Of a DNA stretch of 64,000 bases, positions 39,609 through 49,556 are shown piece after piece (the first letter of the stretch is position 1; each line of letters starts with the position of its first letter). This DNA is from Nitrosopumilus sp. Lineage in GTDB: Archaea; Thermoproteota; Nitrososphaeria; Nitrososphaerales; Nitrosopumilaceae. The notes under the pieces were generated by a model. That model saw nothing but the letters and a program-made list of their open reading frames with translations, was not told the origin of the DNA and did not search any database. The stretch covers positions 1,152,001 to 1,216,000 of the forward strand of contig OZ245003.1 in assembly GCA_965223425.1 (NCBI GenBank). Direction: 5' to 3'. Position numbers and translations under genes: made by a program.

Positions 39609-40166
39609 TTATGTACTTACATGATTTGCTTTTGGTGTTTCTTCTGACATGCTCTCTAATTCTGGATACAATTCCAGTGCACCTTTTGCAATGTATAATC
39701 CATCTTCTGTAAGGTAGAATTTATTGTCAATCTTGCCAACATGTTCTGCCTCTACTAACTCTTCAATCATTTTACCTTCTGGCAGAAATATTGCATTTCT
39801 TGCCTCCGTTGCATTTTTCAAAAGTAAATGTACTAGAATCTCTTCGTCTCTTGATGCTACCGGATAATGGTTTGTTTTGATGATTAGATTCTGTATAGTT
39901 TCTGGAAACAACAACAATCCTGTTTTTTCTTTTAGTTGTATTATGGTGGTGCTCTCTAAATTTGATACTTCAAGCTGTTTTCCAGAAAACGAGTCATGAC
40001 TTGACTGTAAAACACCTATGATCTTTTTTACAGTTCTAAAGTTCAGGTCAGATTCCCTTGCTAGTTTATTTAGAGTAAATGGCTCCCCTGATTTCAAAAT
40101 CTCCAGTATGATGTGTACTGCATCAACGATGCTTGTTCGTGATTTCATTTCTATGCTTATTATCAT
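39609..40166 (-). CDS. Winged-helix DNA-binding protein (probably two wHTH domains)
   Basis: FTLNKLARESDLNFRTVKK HTH and KFYLTEDG wing. Confidence 0.7.
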   Translation of the reverse strand: MIISIEMKSRTSIVDAVHIILEILKSGEPFTLNKLARESDLNFRTVKKIIGVLQSSHDSFSGKQLEVSNLESTTIIQLKEKTGLLLFPETIQNLIIKTNHYPVASRDEEILVHLLLKNATEARNAIFLPEGKMIEELVEAEHVGKIDNKFYLTEDGLYIAKGALELYPELESMSEETPKANHVST

Positions 40167-40184
40167 GTATACTTATATAATAAT

Positions 40185-40204
40185 TACTGTATAATTATAC
40201 AGTA
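40185..40204. promoter_or_regulatory. Perfect 20-bp palindromic operator TACTGTATAATTATACAGTA
   Basis: Lies between TTATATAA (40173-40180) and the TTG start at 40207, in the 40-bp gap between two divergent genes. Confidence 0.65.
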
Positions 40205-40206
40205 TA

Positions 40207-40530
40207 TTGCCACTTAAACCGTATGAAATTGCTATTTTACTTCAAATGTATGATGAGCGAATCATTGGACCAGGTGGTTACACTAGTATCCAAACAGTTC
40301 GAAGTAAGATAAACTGGAAAAGAATCTCATCATATTATAGAGTTAAGGAAAGTTTTGAATCTATAGCCCGAAAGCTGGTCAGAAAAAAACTACTTTTTGA
40401 TGATGGAAAAAGTATGGCAGTCTTGCTTCTATCTAAACTAGGCGTGTCATTTGTAGTTGGATATAACAAAGTAAATCCTAATTCCTTTAAGGAATTAGAA
40501 TTGATTCTTAGTGGCATTGATCCTAAATGA
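40207..40530 (+). CDS. Hypothetical wHTH-like basic protein
   Basis: ARKLVRKKLL...LLLSKLG resembles a recognition helix and wing. Confidence 0.6.
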   Translation: MPLKPYEIAILLQMYDERIIGPGGYTSIQTVRSKINWKRISSYYRVKESFESIARKLVRKKLLFDDGKSMAVLLLSKLGVSFVVGYNKVNPNSFKELELILSGIDPK

Positions 40531-40565
40531 TAGTTAATTTTTAAACTCATTATGATAAATTATTT

Positions 40566-40973
40566 TTGATAGCCTTTTCTAGCTTGTTTCTTATTTGTAT
40601 TGTTATTTGTATTGTTATTTGTATTGTTATTTGTATTGTTATTTGTATTGTTATTTGTATTGTTATTTGTATTGTTATTTGTATTGTTATTTGTATTGTT
40701 ATTTGTATTGTTATTTGTATTGTTATTTGTATTGTTATTTGTATTGTTATTTGTATTGTTATTTGTATTGTTATTTGTATTGTTATTTGTATTGTTATTG
40801 CATTATTGATTGTAACTGAAACATTTTCTGGAATTGATGTATTTAATTATGAAATAATTGAAGGAACAACTGTAAAAAATGGAATTCTAGTTGGTGTCTC
40901 AACATATGTTGCAGTATTTTTTATAATTCTGATAACTGTTAAAACGTTATATAATCTAATTATTTTAAAGTAG
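40566..40973 (+). CDS. Small membrane protein expanded by a VNTR
   Basis: Only this frame continues beyond the repeat into a second hydrophobic segment. Confidence 0.4.
   Translation: MIAFSSLFLICIVICIVICIVICIVICIVICIVICIVICIVICIVICIVICIVICIVICIVICIVICIVICIVICIVIALLIVTETFSGIDVFNYEIIEGTTVKNGILVGVSTYVAVFFIILITVKTLYNLIILK
40591..40799 (+). repeat. Perfect 12-bp tandem repeat (TTATTTGTATTG) x17
   Basis: 17 exact units at 40591-40794 plus a partial unit. Confidence 0.97.
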
Positions 40974-40976
40974 AAA

Positions 40977-41363
40977 TTGAGTACGTCTTCTGTCTCTAGA
41001 AAACAACTGATTTTAGAAATTCGAGGAAAAGCAAAGATTTCCTGTGATCTTAAACTTCATTTATCTCCGCGAACTGTTGGAACAATTATGAGATCATTGC
41101 CCTTAGAGGGTCATGCTCATCAGCTCGGACAAAGTATTTTGTATTTTGAAACTTCAATTGATTCAGGGATTGAAAGGGCAAGGTCTGAATTTAAAAAAGG
41201 TGACGTTGCTTTTTTGCCTTCAACTGGAAGCATTTGTTTTTTTACACACGATGTGGGATCTGGGAAAACTATGACTCCTATTGGAAAGCTAAGAAATAAT
41301 ATTGATGCATTAAATGATGTCAAGTCTGGAGATGTCTTTTGTATCTATGAAGAAACCATTTGA
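40977..41363 (+). CDS. Cyclophilin-like fold protein (TM1367/DUF369-like)
   Basis: SPRTV..I.RSLPL, YFET, GDVAF.P..SICFF and PIGK motifs. Confidence 0.82.
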   Translation: MSTSSVSRKQLILEIRGKAKISCDLKLHLSPRTVGTIMRSLPLEGHAHQLGQSILYFETSIDSGIERARSEFKKGDVAFLPSTGSICFFTHDVGSGKTMTPIGKLRNNIDALNDVKSGDVFCIYEETI

Positions 41364-41653
41364 TACAGGTGATGTCCTGAATGGCCCCCGACACGTTTTA
41401 TGGTTCCTTTTTTTGCAGATTCTTTTAGGAATGCGTTTGCAGCAGAAATCTTAACCCCTGTTTGTCTTGCAAGGTCTTGAATTGTAACTACTTTGGAGTT
41501 TTGAATAATTTTCATTGCTTGTTGTTCGTTTACTTTAACTGTGATCTCTGCTTTCCTTGGTCCGCCTTCCCCCCTGTCTTTCTTTCCTTTTTTGGATTCT
41601 TTACTAGTCTGCTTGTCTTGTTTTGCAGCAGTTGGTTTTTTTGCCCCGCCCAT
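41345..41653 (-). CDS. rps25e: Ribosomal protein S25e
   Basis: K-rich N-terminus, KVVT..DLA...GVKISAA and GHHLY motifs. Confidence 0.88.
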   Translation of the reverse strand: MGGAKKPTAAKQDKQTSKESKKGKKDRGEGGPRKAEITVKVNEQQAMKIIQNSKVVTIQDLARQTGVKISAANAFLKESAKKGTIKRVGGHSGHHLYQMVSS

Positions 41654-41773
41654 AAATTGAGAAAAAATATTCCTCTTATAAACGATGAATCATATTTTAA
41701 AATTATTTTTTTATCAAAAACTCAGACAGCTTGTTCTTTTCAACTATAAATAACATCTTGATCACTTGGTTGT

Positions 41774-41986
41774 ATGGGAATTGTCTCAAAAGGTGCAAAA
41801 TGCAACGTTGAAGGATGTGATCAAGGCGGTGTTCGCTCTCTGAATACCACTAAAGTTGAAAACGCAGGATTGAGCGTAAATTCTACGGGCAAAAAAACGG
41901 TTCTTTGCAAAGAGCACTACAAAGAATGGAAAAAAGAGTCCAAGGATGATAGGGCACTTGAACGTGCTAGATTCGACAAGTTCTAG
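41774..41986 (+). CDS. Conserved archaeal small Cys/His protein
   Basis: GAKCNVEGC...LCKEHYKEWKK...LERAR motif. Confidence 0.75.
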   Translation: MGIVSKGAKCNVEGCDQGGVRSLNTTKVENAGLSVNSTGKKTVLCKEHYKEWKKESKDDRALERARFDKF

Positions 41987-43077
41987 CGTCTCTTTTTTGA
42001 TTTTTTAGCATTGCTTATTGGATTTTTGAAATAATCATCACGTAATCTGTCATACAATTTGCCTAATTTTCTGTATAGCCGTTTTGGCTTACGTTTCTTT
42101 TGGTTGCTCAACACATACAATGCAAGAATAGGAAATGCAATTGTTGCATCTGCATAAACTGTCACCATTCCATTATGTGCGTCTTGAATTTTACCCCAAC
42201 TCTTCCCTTCTTGCAATGTTGCCCCTGATAATCCTCCGGTGTCTGGACGTGCATCTGTAATTTGAATTATGTAGTCCTGTCCTCCATCATTTCTTCTGAG
42301 AATTTGATCTAGTATGGGGCCTGTTTGCTGAGCAGTATTTTTTGGCACCCCTCCACCTAACTCTACAATTCCAGATTTTTTTGAACCGTAAAGAATTGCC
42401 GCCTGCTCAATAATTTCCCTAACAAAATCTAGGTTGTATTCCTTGTTCTGTAACCTATGAACCACTAAATTTAATGCCAACGACGAGTCTTTTATTGTGG
42501 AAACATACACTGGAACGTCATATTTATATGCTGAAGTAATGAAACTTTTTTCAGGGTATTTTGCATGGTCTTTGCTCATTTTTCCCATTAAATTACAAAA
42601 TTCCGCTGTTGTAAACGGTTTGTTTGGAAAGTCTTCACCAAACATTTTCTGAATAACCTGATCTTCTGCTTCTAATGTTTCATAAAATTTTATGTACACA
42701 TCTCTAATTCTAACAATCTCATTTTGATACAGTTTCATATCGTCAACTTGAGAGCTTCCTTGTTTTATGGGCAGACCCCAGGCAAAATGGTCTTCGTGGT
42801 ATACATTTGCCCCAGTTGTAACAATCCAATCAATAAAGCCCCTTTCAATCAATGTCTTAATTATCCCCCCAAAACCTACTGGCGTCATTGCGCCTGAGAC
42901 TGTAAGACAAATTGTAGCATCCTCCTTTATCATCTTTGCAAAAAGTTTTGCAGCCTCTCCAAGACTTCTTCCGTTATATCCCGTATCTGCAAACACGTTG
43001 ACCAAGTCCTCTATAGACATTTTTGGATCTAGTTTTATGTGTGGGATATCTTTACCATGAAATTTGTGCGGATCCAC
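41983..43077 (-). CDS. Deoxyhypusine synthase-like / homospermidine synthase
   Basis: SGAMTPVG, TTGANVYH, LGGGVPKN and DTGGLSGATLQEGKSWGK motifs. Confidence 0.9.
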   Translation of the reverse strand: MDPHKFHGKDIPHIKLDPKMSIEDLVNVFADTGYNGRSLGEAAKLFAKMIKEDATICLTVSGAMTPVGFGGIIKTLIERGFIDWIVTTGANVYHEDHFAWGLPIKQGSSQVDDMKLYQNEIVRIRDVYIKFYETLEAEDQVIQKMFGEDFPNKPFTTAEFCNLMGKMSKDHAKYPEKSFITSAYKYDVPVYVSTIKDSSLALNLVVHRLQNKEYNLDFVREIIEQAAILYGSKKSGIVELGGGVPKNTAQQTGPILDQILRRNDGGQDYIIQITDARPDTGGLSGATLQEGKSWGKIQDAHNGMVTVYADATIAFPILALYVLSNQKKRKPKRLYRKLGKLYDRLRDDYFKNPISNAKKSKKRR

Positions 43078-43197
43078 TTTAACAAATAATCTTATACTGT
43101 AAATAATACTTGCGCAAGGATTTTCTTATGTGTAATATATTGTTCTGAATTTTCATACAAACATTACTTATGTGGGAATGATGTGTATTGATACTAC

Positions 43198-43530
43198 ATG
43201 ACTGTTGTTGATCTACATAATCCAGAACGTGTAAACAAGGCTCCAAACGCTGTTAAGGTCTTGCTCTCTTCGGGCGGCTTTATTCAAGATGAATTTAAAA
43301 TTTCCAAAGTGGAGTTGCGTCTTTATCTGGAAAAAACTGACAAAAAATTAGGGGACTATGCTTTGATAACATCTTTTGTTGAAACTGACAAGGGTTCTAT
43401 TGAAATGATTTATGATGAAGGATTTCGTGGAAAAGAACCCCTTTTGCGTGCAACAGAATTTCTTACTTCTAATCTGGGAATCTCTGGGTTGATTTTACGC
43501 TCAATAGTTTCCCTGCGCGAGAAAGCATAA
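43198..43530 (+). CDS. Conserved hypothetical protein
   Basis: Clean 110-aa ORF with host-like composition. Confidence 0.7.
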   Translation: MTVVDLHNPERVNKAPNAVKVLLSSGGFIQDEFKISKVELRLYLEKTDKKLGDYALITSFVETDKGSIEMIYDEGFRGKEPLLRATEFLTSNLGISGLILRSIVSLREKA

Positions 43531-44033
43531 AATTTAAAATATTTTTAAAAGATTGAAAGATTTAACACCACTATTCTCAAGATTGTATATGGCTGAAAAT
43601 TCCAGCTAAACAAAAGCCAATAAAAAGTACTTGCTTCTCAAGTAGAAAATTTTGTTTTATTCGTATATGAAGTAAAATAACAAAAAACATATGCTCTTTG
43701 CAGTGCCTGTGTTGGCAGCATCTATTTTTGGTTCACTAGCAACAACTAGTGTATTTGCCCAAGATGCAAATTCTGATCTTGCCGCTGACAACGTTTCATC
43801 AATGAAAACAGATGGGCTCTAGATGCGCCTGTTGCACCACCAAATCAAAAAGCCAAAGTCGTATTTTGAGGCGGCACTTATGGAGGGACATGTTTGCCAG
43901 TCAAGCATCTTCTGGAATAGAAAGTATCTGGAAACGCAGTTGATCAACCTCTTTTTCCCCTTATCCTAGTAAAAGATTCTAAACCTGCCCAAAAGTGAAA
44001 GATTTAATTCAATTGTGGTTACTGTTTGAAATT

Positions 44034-45899
44034 ATGCGGATATTACAACTACATTGTGACAGTATCGAGTATACGCCCACAAAAAAGGAGATCAAAATGG
44101 CCGAAGACATTGAAAATCCTGAAACTCAGCGACTTGAAGAAATTGTAGTTGCGTTTGTTGCAGTTGAGGATGGTGATGACTCCTCAGTGGCTCAAAATGC
44201 AATGTCTCAAATAAAAAACTCTATGGATAAAATCGGTTGTAAGAAATTGTTGTTGTACCCCTATGCCCATCTTAGTTCTAATCTTGCAAAACCCTCTGTT
44301 GCTATGACTCTGCTCAATGAAATGGAAAATGGTGCGCCAGATCTTAAAGTATCGCATTCCCCATTTGGTTGGACCAAATCATACAAAGTGCAAGTCAAAG
44401 GCCATCCATTAGCTGAAAGCTCCAAGGTAATCACAAAGGATTCTTCAGATTCTACAGATGCCGAAATTACTTCTGATGCCCTAAAAAGCGAGTCAAAAAT
44501 TCGCTCTTACTGGAAAATACTGTCTCCTGATGGAACGATGGCAAATATTGGTGATTTTGATTTTTCAAATCACAAAAAATTAGAAATTTTAGCAAAATAT
44601 GAATCAGCAAAACAACGCCATGTGGATGAACCCTCCCCGCATGTTGCATTAATGAAAAAAATGGCAATAGCAGACTATGAGCCCGTGTCTGATTCGGGCA
44701 ATATGAGGTTTTTTCCTAACGGCCGTTTGATAAAATCCCTGATTGAGCGTTATGTTACTGACAGAGTAAAAGATTATGGCGGTTTTGAAGTTGAAACCCC
44801 AATCATGTATGACTCTGAGCACCCTAGCATGGCTAGTTATTTTAACAGATTTCCGGCAAGACAATACAGCATTGACTCGGAAGGAAAAAAACTATTTTTG
44901 AGATTCGCTGCCTGCTTTGGGCAATTTTTAATGGCAAATCAGTTTCAGATGTCGCACAAAAATTTGCCATACAAACTCTATGAATTAACACGATACAGCT
45001 TTAGGCGAGAACAATCAGGCGAGCTTGTTGGTCTGAGACGACTCAGGGCCTTTACCATGCCTGACTGCCATGCATTTTGCAAAGACATGCCCCAGGCAGT
45101 TGATGAAATTATGACAAGATTTGAGTTATCTCAAAGTGTACTCTGTGAGCTCGGAATTGAAGAGTCCGACTATGAGATGGCAATTAGATTCACTGAAGAT
45201 TTTTACAACGAAAACAAATCCTCAATTGAAAACCTAGTCAAGAAACATGGAAAACCCGTCCTAGTTGAAATGTGGAAAGAAAAATTCTTTTATTTTGTTT
45301 TAAAATGGGAGTTCAACTTTATTGACAATCTTGGAAAGGCCTCTGCTTTGTCAACAGATCAAATTGATGTAGAAAATGGAGACCGATATGGAATTAAATT
45401 TATTGATGAAAATAACAGTGCACGACATCCTGTTATTTTACACAATTCTCCTAGCGGTGCAATTGAAAGGATTATCTATGCACTGCTAGAAAAAGCAGCA
45501 AAAGATTCCCAAGAAGGAAAAAAACCCCAATTTCCATTATGGTTGGCACCAACGCAAGTGAGAATTATTCCATTAAAAGAAGAATTTTACAATTTTTGTG
45601 AAACTTTGAGTGATAAAATTTCTGGCAACAATGTCCGTGTTGACATGGATGACAGAAATGAAAGCATAGGAAAAAGAATTCGTGAGGCAGAAAAGGAATG
45701 GATACGATACATTTTGGTAATTGGTGAAAAAGAGGCAGGTTCTGCAAATCTTAGTATTCGTGACAGACAAACAGGTGACGTTCGAGAATTACCCCTTGGT
45801 GATTTCTTGACTGAAATTAATAAACAGACTAAAAACAAGCCGTTTACAGGCTTGAATTTGCCAAAACGTCTTTCAAAGAGGCCCCAACTAATGGTGTAA
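44034..45899 (+). CDS. thrS: Threonyl-tRNA synthetase (archaeal editing domain)
   Basis: MRILQLH, YPYAHLS, PFGW.K, LRFAACFGQF, FRREQSGEL and HNSPSGAIER motifs. Confidence 0.97.
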   Translation: MRILQLHCDSIEYTPTKKEIKMAEDIENPETQRLEEIVVAFVAVEDGDDSSVAQNAMSQIKNSMDKIGCKKLLLYPYAHLSSNLAKPSVAMTLLNEMENGAPDLKVSHSPFGWTKSYKVQVKGHPLAESSKVITKDSSDSTDAEITSDALKSESKIRSYWKILSPDGTMANIGDFDFSNHKKLEILAKYESAKQRHVDEPSPHVALMKKMAIADYEPVSDSGNMRFFPNGRLIKSLIERYVTDRVKDYGGFEVETPIMYDSEHPSMASYFNRFPARQYSIDSEGKKLFLRFAACFGQFLMANQFQMSHKNLPYKLYELTRYSFRREQSGELVGLRRLRAFTMPDCHAFCKDMPQAVDEIMTRFELSQSVLCELGIEESDYEMAIRFTEDFYNENKSSIENLVKKHGKPVLVEMWKEKFFYFVLKWEFNFIDNLGKASALSTDQIDVENGDRYGIKFIDENNSARHPVILHNSPSGAIERIIYALLEKAAKDSQEGKKPQFPLWLAPTQVRIIPLKEEFYNFCETLSDKISGNNVRVDMDDRNESIGKRIREAEKEWIRYILVIGEKEAGSANLSIRDRQTGDVRELPLGDFLTEINKQTKNKPFTGLNLPKRLSKRPQLMV

Positions 45900-45905
45900 G
45901 TGAAA

Positions 45906-46778
45906 ATGAGCTATGTTGATTTATACATGAACAAAACCCCCCTCATTACTGCCTCTGATGAGGATTCAGAGCCTGTAGCAACCGTGTTTGGAGTTCCCTT
46001 TGATGCCACGCACTCTTACAAACCTGGCTGTAGGTTTGGTCCTGACGTAATTCGTGATTCATTTAACAACATTGAGATCTTTCACCCGGATCTACAAGTA
46101 GATGTGGAATCTACGCATATTGAAGATTTAGGGAACACCCGTCACACTGCTGTTCCATCTGAAATGGTTGACATGGTAAAAAAAATTACTGCCGAACTTG
46201 TTGCAAAACACAGACAGCTTTTCATTCTGGGTGGCGAACACTCGATAACATACGGTGCGTATACAAGTTTTCCAAAAGAAGCTGGCTATGTTGTGTTTGA
46301 TGCACATTATGACCTGCGAGATGAATTTGCAGATACAAAACTAAGTCATGCCTCTTATCTAAGGCGGCTTGTTGAAGAGCGAGGTTCTGAAAACATCTTA
46401 CATGTGGGTGCTAGGGCGTTTGTCCAAGAAGAGTTGGAGTTTTTAAAAGAAAACAACATCAGGACAATTTCTGACAAAGAAATTAGGGAGGGCAAGGCCC
46501 CCCAACTCTTAAAGGATCATCTGTCTACATTTAATGCCGTTTATTCTAGTTTTGATCTTGATGTTTTGGATCCCGCGTTTGCACCAGGGGTTGGCAACCC
46601 CGAAGCTGTGGGAGTCACGTCTAGAGAACTGTTTGACTTGATATCCTCCTTTGAAGAGACCAAGATTGTTGGTGCAGACATTGTGGAGCTTAACCCCTAT
46701 CATGATAACGGCTCAACTGCAGCTATAGCGGGTAAAATAATGTCTACATTGATTGCCATGAATCTGTCTCAAAATTAG
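45906..46778 (+). CDS. speB: Agmatinase
   Basis: GVPFD, GGEHSIT, DAHYDLRD and SFDLDVLDPAFAPGVGNPE motifs. Confidence 0.93.
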   Translation: MSYVDLYMNKTPLITASDEDSEPVATVFGVPFDATHSYKPGCRFGPDVIRDSFNNIEIFHPDLQVDVESTHIEDLGNTRHTAVPSEMVDMVKKITAELVAKHRQLFILGGEHSITYGAYTSFPKEAGYVVFDAHYDLRDEFADTKLSHASYLRRLVEERGSENILHVGARAFVQEELEFLKENNIRTISDKEIREGKAPQLLKDHLSTFNAVYSSFDLDVLDPAFAPGVGNPEAVGVTSRELFDLISSFEETKIVGADIVELNPYHDNGSTAAIAGKIMSTLIAMNLSQN

Positions 46779-47027
46779 AGATTATGCATGTTGATCAAGG
46801 GCACCATCAACAAGTTTAGATCAGCCTGGTGATTGCCAAGTCTGTCTTTTCTGCATCAAGGCGCCATGCTGCCGTCATCTGTAGAAATTTTTATCCGTTA
46901 CGATGATCTCTGCTAATATTCATTATTGAAAATTCAGTTATCACGCCTGATTTTGTAAACTTTGACGCCATTTTGGCTTTATTTTCTCCCTGCTTACTTT
47001 ATTAGCTAGTGGTGTTGGGTTTATCAC

Positions 47028-47600
47028 GTGCTAAATAATCTACGAGAGACACTCGGCCCTACCCTGGAAAAGATTGGTAAAGGGTTTGCATCCACAGGAT
47101 TGACTCCAAATTTCTGGACTTGTGTTGGCCTTGCATTTGCATTTTTGTCTGCCATCGTATACGGCTTGGGAATTGAATTTGGATTAATGCTTGGAGGAAT
47201 TTTGTTGCTTGTTTCAGGATTTTTTGATATGGTGGATGGTCAAGTAGCACGAGTTACTGGCAAGACTTCCAAAAAGGGCTCCTATCTTGACTCAATGTTT
47301 GATAAGACTGCCGAAGTCGCAATATTTTTGGGAATCTTAGTTGGCGGTTATGCCGAACCTTATCTGGTTTTACTTGCAATATCTTTGTCACTGCTGGTCA
47401 GTTACGCAAGAGCAAAATCTGATGCGCTAAATGTAAAGTTGCAGGGGGTTGGAATTGGAGAAAGGGCTGAAAGACTTTTAGTGCTGGCAATAATTGGAAT
47501 GGTCGGTTTCATGGAATATGCCGTGTTGATTGTTGTGGCAATTGCTGGAATTACCTTGATTCAAAGAATGGTTGTCACTTTAAAAAGTATCAAGGAATAA
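47028..47600 (+). CDS. CDP-alcohol phosphatidyltransferase
   Basis: DMVDGQVAR...G..LD...D signature. Confidence 0.93.
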   Translation: MLNNLRETLGPTLEKIGKGFASTGLTPNFWTCVGLAFAFLSAIVYGLGIEFGLMLGGILLLVSGFFDMVDGQVARVTGKTSKKGSYLDSMFDKTAEVAIFLGILVGGYAEPYLVLLAISLSLLVSYARAKSDALNVKLQGVGIGERAERLLVLAIIGMVGFMEYAVLIVVAIAGITLIQRMVVTLKSIKE

Positions 47601-47602
47601 TC

Positions 47603-47890
47603 CTATCGAAGTTTTCCACGCTTTCTTCTACTGTCTGCGGATCTAATCTTAAGAATTTTAAAGTGAATTGCACATGAAATACAATACCATTTCAAAACTG
47701 TCGGTGATGCAATGTATGCCCCCTGTGCCCGTAGTTCTTTTGCCAACGTATGTTCCACTAGGTTTAGCCTAGATGTGACTTTTTTTGCCTTGTCTTTTGG
47801 AACTGTTTGTCCGCAATTTGTACATTGAACAACACCTGAGGAACCTTTTCCTCCTTTGGTACGGCCCCTACTTGCACGTTTTAGTGGCAT
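47603..47890 (-). CDS. rps26e: Ribosomal protein S26e
   Basis: VQCTNCGQTVPKDKAKK...YCISCAIH motif. Confidence 0.96.
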   Translation of the reverse strand: MPLKRASRGRTKGGKGSSGVVQCTNCGQTVPKDKAKKVTSRLNLVEHTLAKELRAQGAYIASPTVLKWYCISCAIHFKILKIRSADSRRKRGKLR

Positions 47891-47932
47891 GACCGTAAAC
47901 TCATCTGCCTACTTATATTCTTGCGGATAATT

Positions 47933-48276
47933 GGTTCTGTAAAGTTATCGGGAGTCAACCCCCATAACTCGACTTTGACATATCGACTATTCGGATTGCC
48001 AATGGTGTGCCGGGTTCCGTCATCGCCCGCTCAAAAGTGCCGGACTGCGCTTCACTTATGCCGCCTCTACTGCCCCTAAACCTAGGGGGCAGCTTGCGTG
48101 ATATGTTTTCATATCCGCAATTAGTACACGATTGTTGTTGCATGTCCTCTTGGAAATTCTTTCCGCATCATGGACACGTCATGCTCGTGTTTTTCATGTT
48201 TTTGAGTGTGTTATGTGGATATAAATATTCTGTGATGTGGTGGCTGCATGTCAACTCCCGACAGCGTTACAGAACC
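47933..48276 (-). mobile_element. 344-bp IS6-like non-autonomous element with a zinc-ribbon passenger ORF
   Basis: 27-bp imperfect TIRs GGTTCTGTAAAGTTATCGGGAGTCAAC / GGTTCTGTAACGCTGTCGGGAGTTGAC; perfect TSD GGATAATT. Confidence 0.88.
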
Positions 48277-48504
48277 GGATAATTCAAAAATTCTGATAAA
48301 TTTGTGCCTGAGTCAAGGTAAAAAATGCCCCATGTTTTAATCCTATATCGAGGGACTCTATTTGATAGTTAATGCGAGGTCTTTGTCATAAATGCCTGAA
48401 TTCGGGCGTTGAGCTGGTGGTATCAAAAGGAGAAATAATTTGTCATGACTGTCTTGATAAGAACAATGCAAAAAACTAAATCTGTTATTTAATGACCAAA
48501 AGAA

Positions 48505-49374
48505 ATGAAATTGGCGATTTTTGCCCACTGTGCCATAGATACAATTACTATCAACGATAGTAATTATGAGCAAATTGGCGGTGCTGCCTGCTATTGTGGA
48601 ATAACTGCAAGGCAGTTCAAGTTTGATGTGGATTTGTTTACAAAATTTGGCCCTGACTTTCCCAGGCAATATCTTGTTGAAAACAAAATAAATCTTATAA
48701 ATTCCGAGTCAGACAAAAAGACCACCAAATTTGCAATTTCTATCGCCGGTTCGGACAGAACTTTAAAACTTGAAAACCAATGTGAAGAAATAGCCTACTC
48801 TGATGCTGATGCTGATGGACACATTGTGAGTCCGATATATCATGAAATTTCTAGCGATACTTTTAAAAAAATTAAAGGCAATTCCAATTTTCTTTTTGTT
48901 GACCCTCAGGGTTTTTTGAGACAGCAGGACTCGCAAAATAATGTCGTTCTGGAAAAAACTGATGTTGATCTGGCAAATGTAAATGCGATAAAAATCAACC
49001 CTGAAGAATCCCAGCAAATTGTTAGTGGCTCCCATGATGAAATGATGCTGGCATTGCAAAAAAAAGGCGCGGAATACGTGCTACTTACAGATAAAACCGA
49101 TGTCTCCCTTTTGGTAAAAGATAAAGTCTATTCTATTGCTCTTCCAAACAAACAAATTCATGATACTACCGGAATTGGTGATATTTTCTGCTCAGCATTC
49201 TGCTGCACCATGCTAAAAGAAAAAGACTTTTTGTGGGCACTTTGTTTTGCAGGAGGAGCTGCCCAGGCTGCACTTGACTCAAAAAATGTGGGCCTGCAAA
49301 AAATCCCCAAAAAAGGCGCCATTCAGACCAATGCCTCTTATTTTTACAATCTGGTAAAATTCAGGGATTTGTAG
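48505..49374 (+). CDS. PfkB-family carbohydrate kinase
   Basis: GGAACY, DPQGFLR and DTTGIGDIF motifs. Confidence 0.9.
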   Translation: MKLAIFAHCAIDTITINDSNYEQIGGAACYCGITARQFKFDVDLFTKFGPDFPRQYLVENKINLINSESDKKTTKFAISIAGSDRTLKLENQCEEIAYSDADADGHIVSPIYHEISSDTFKKIKGNSNFLFVDPQGFLRQQDSQNNVVLEKTDVDLANVNAIKINPEESQQIVSGSHDEMMLALQKKGAEYVLLTDKTDVSLLVKDKVYSIALPNKQIHDTTGIGDIFCSAFCCTMLKEKDFLWALCFAGGAAQAALDSKNVGLQKIPKKGAIQTNASYFYNLVKFRDL

Positions 49375-49556
49375 AACATTATTCGGTTCTGTCAAGTTAT
49401 CGTGTGCTGAGCATGAATCTTAGGAATTCAGCAAAACATTACCTAAATCCAAACTCTTAATGTCTGTATGATTAGTTTGACCTGTTCAGGTGGCAGATTG
49501 CCTGAACTCTGAAATGATATCCATTTGCTGTTTATAGGATTATAGACACCTACAAA

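Noticed and set aside
40185-40204. True LexA/SOS regulation
   Set aside because: The host is archaeal and no lexA is present; retained only as a local operator.
40595-40819. (YLYC)n and (LFVL)n proteins
   Set aside because: These are alternative frames of the 12-bp repeat that stop right after it.
48168-48170. Selenocysteine at the in-frame TGA of CP*CG
   Set aside because: The TGA is at a variable position of CxxC, not at a Cys position. A nonsense mutation is simpler, and no SECIS was recognised.
48340-48430. tRNA or other ncRNA upstream of pfkB
   Set aside because: Only a short hairpin (GCCTGAATTCGGGC), with no cloverleaf or T-loop consensus.
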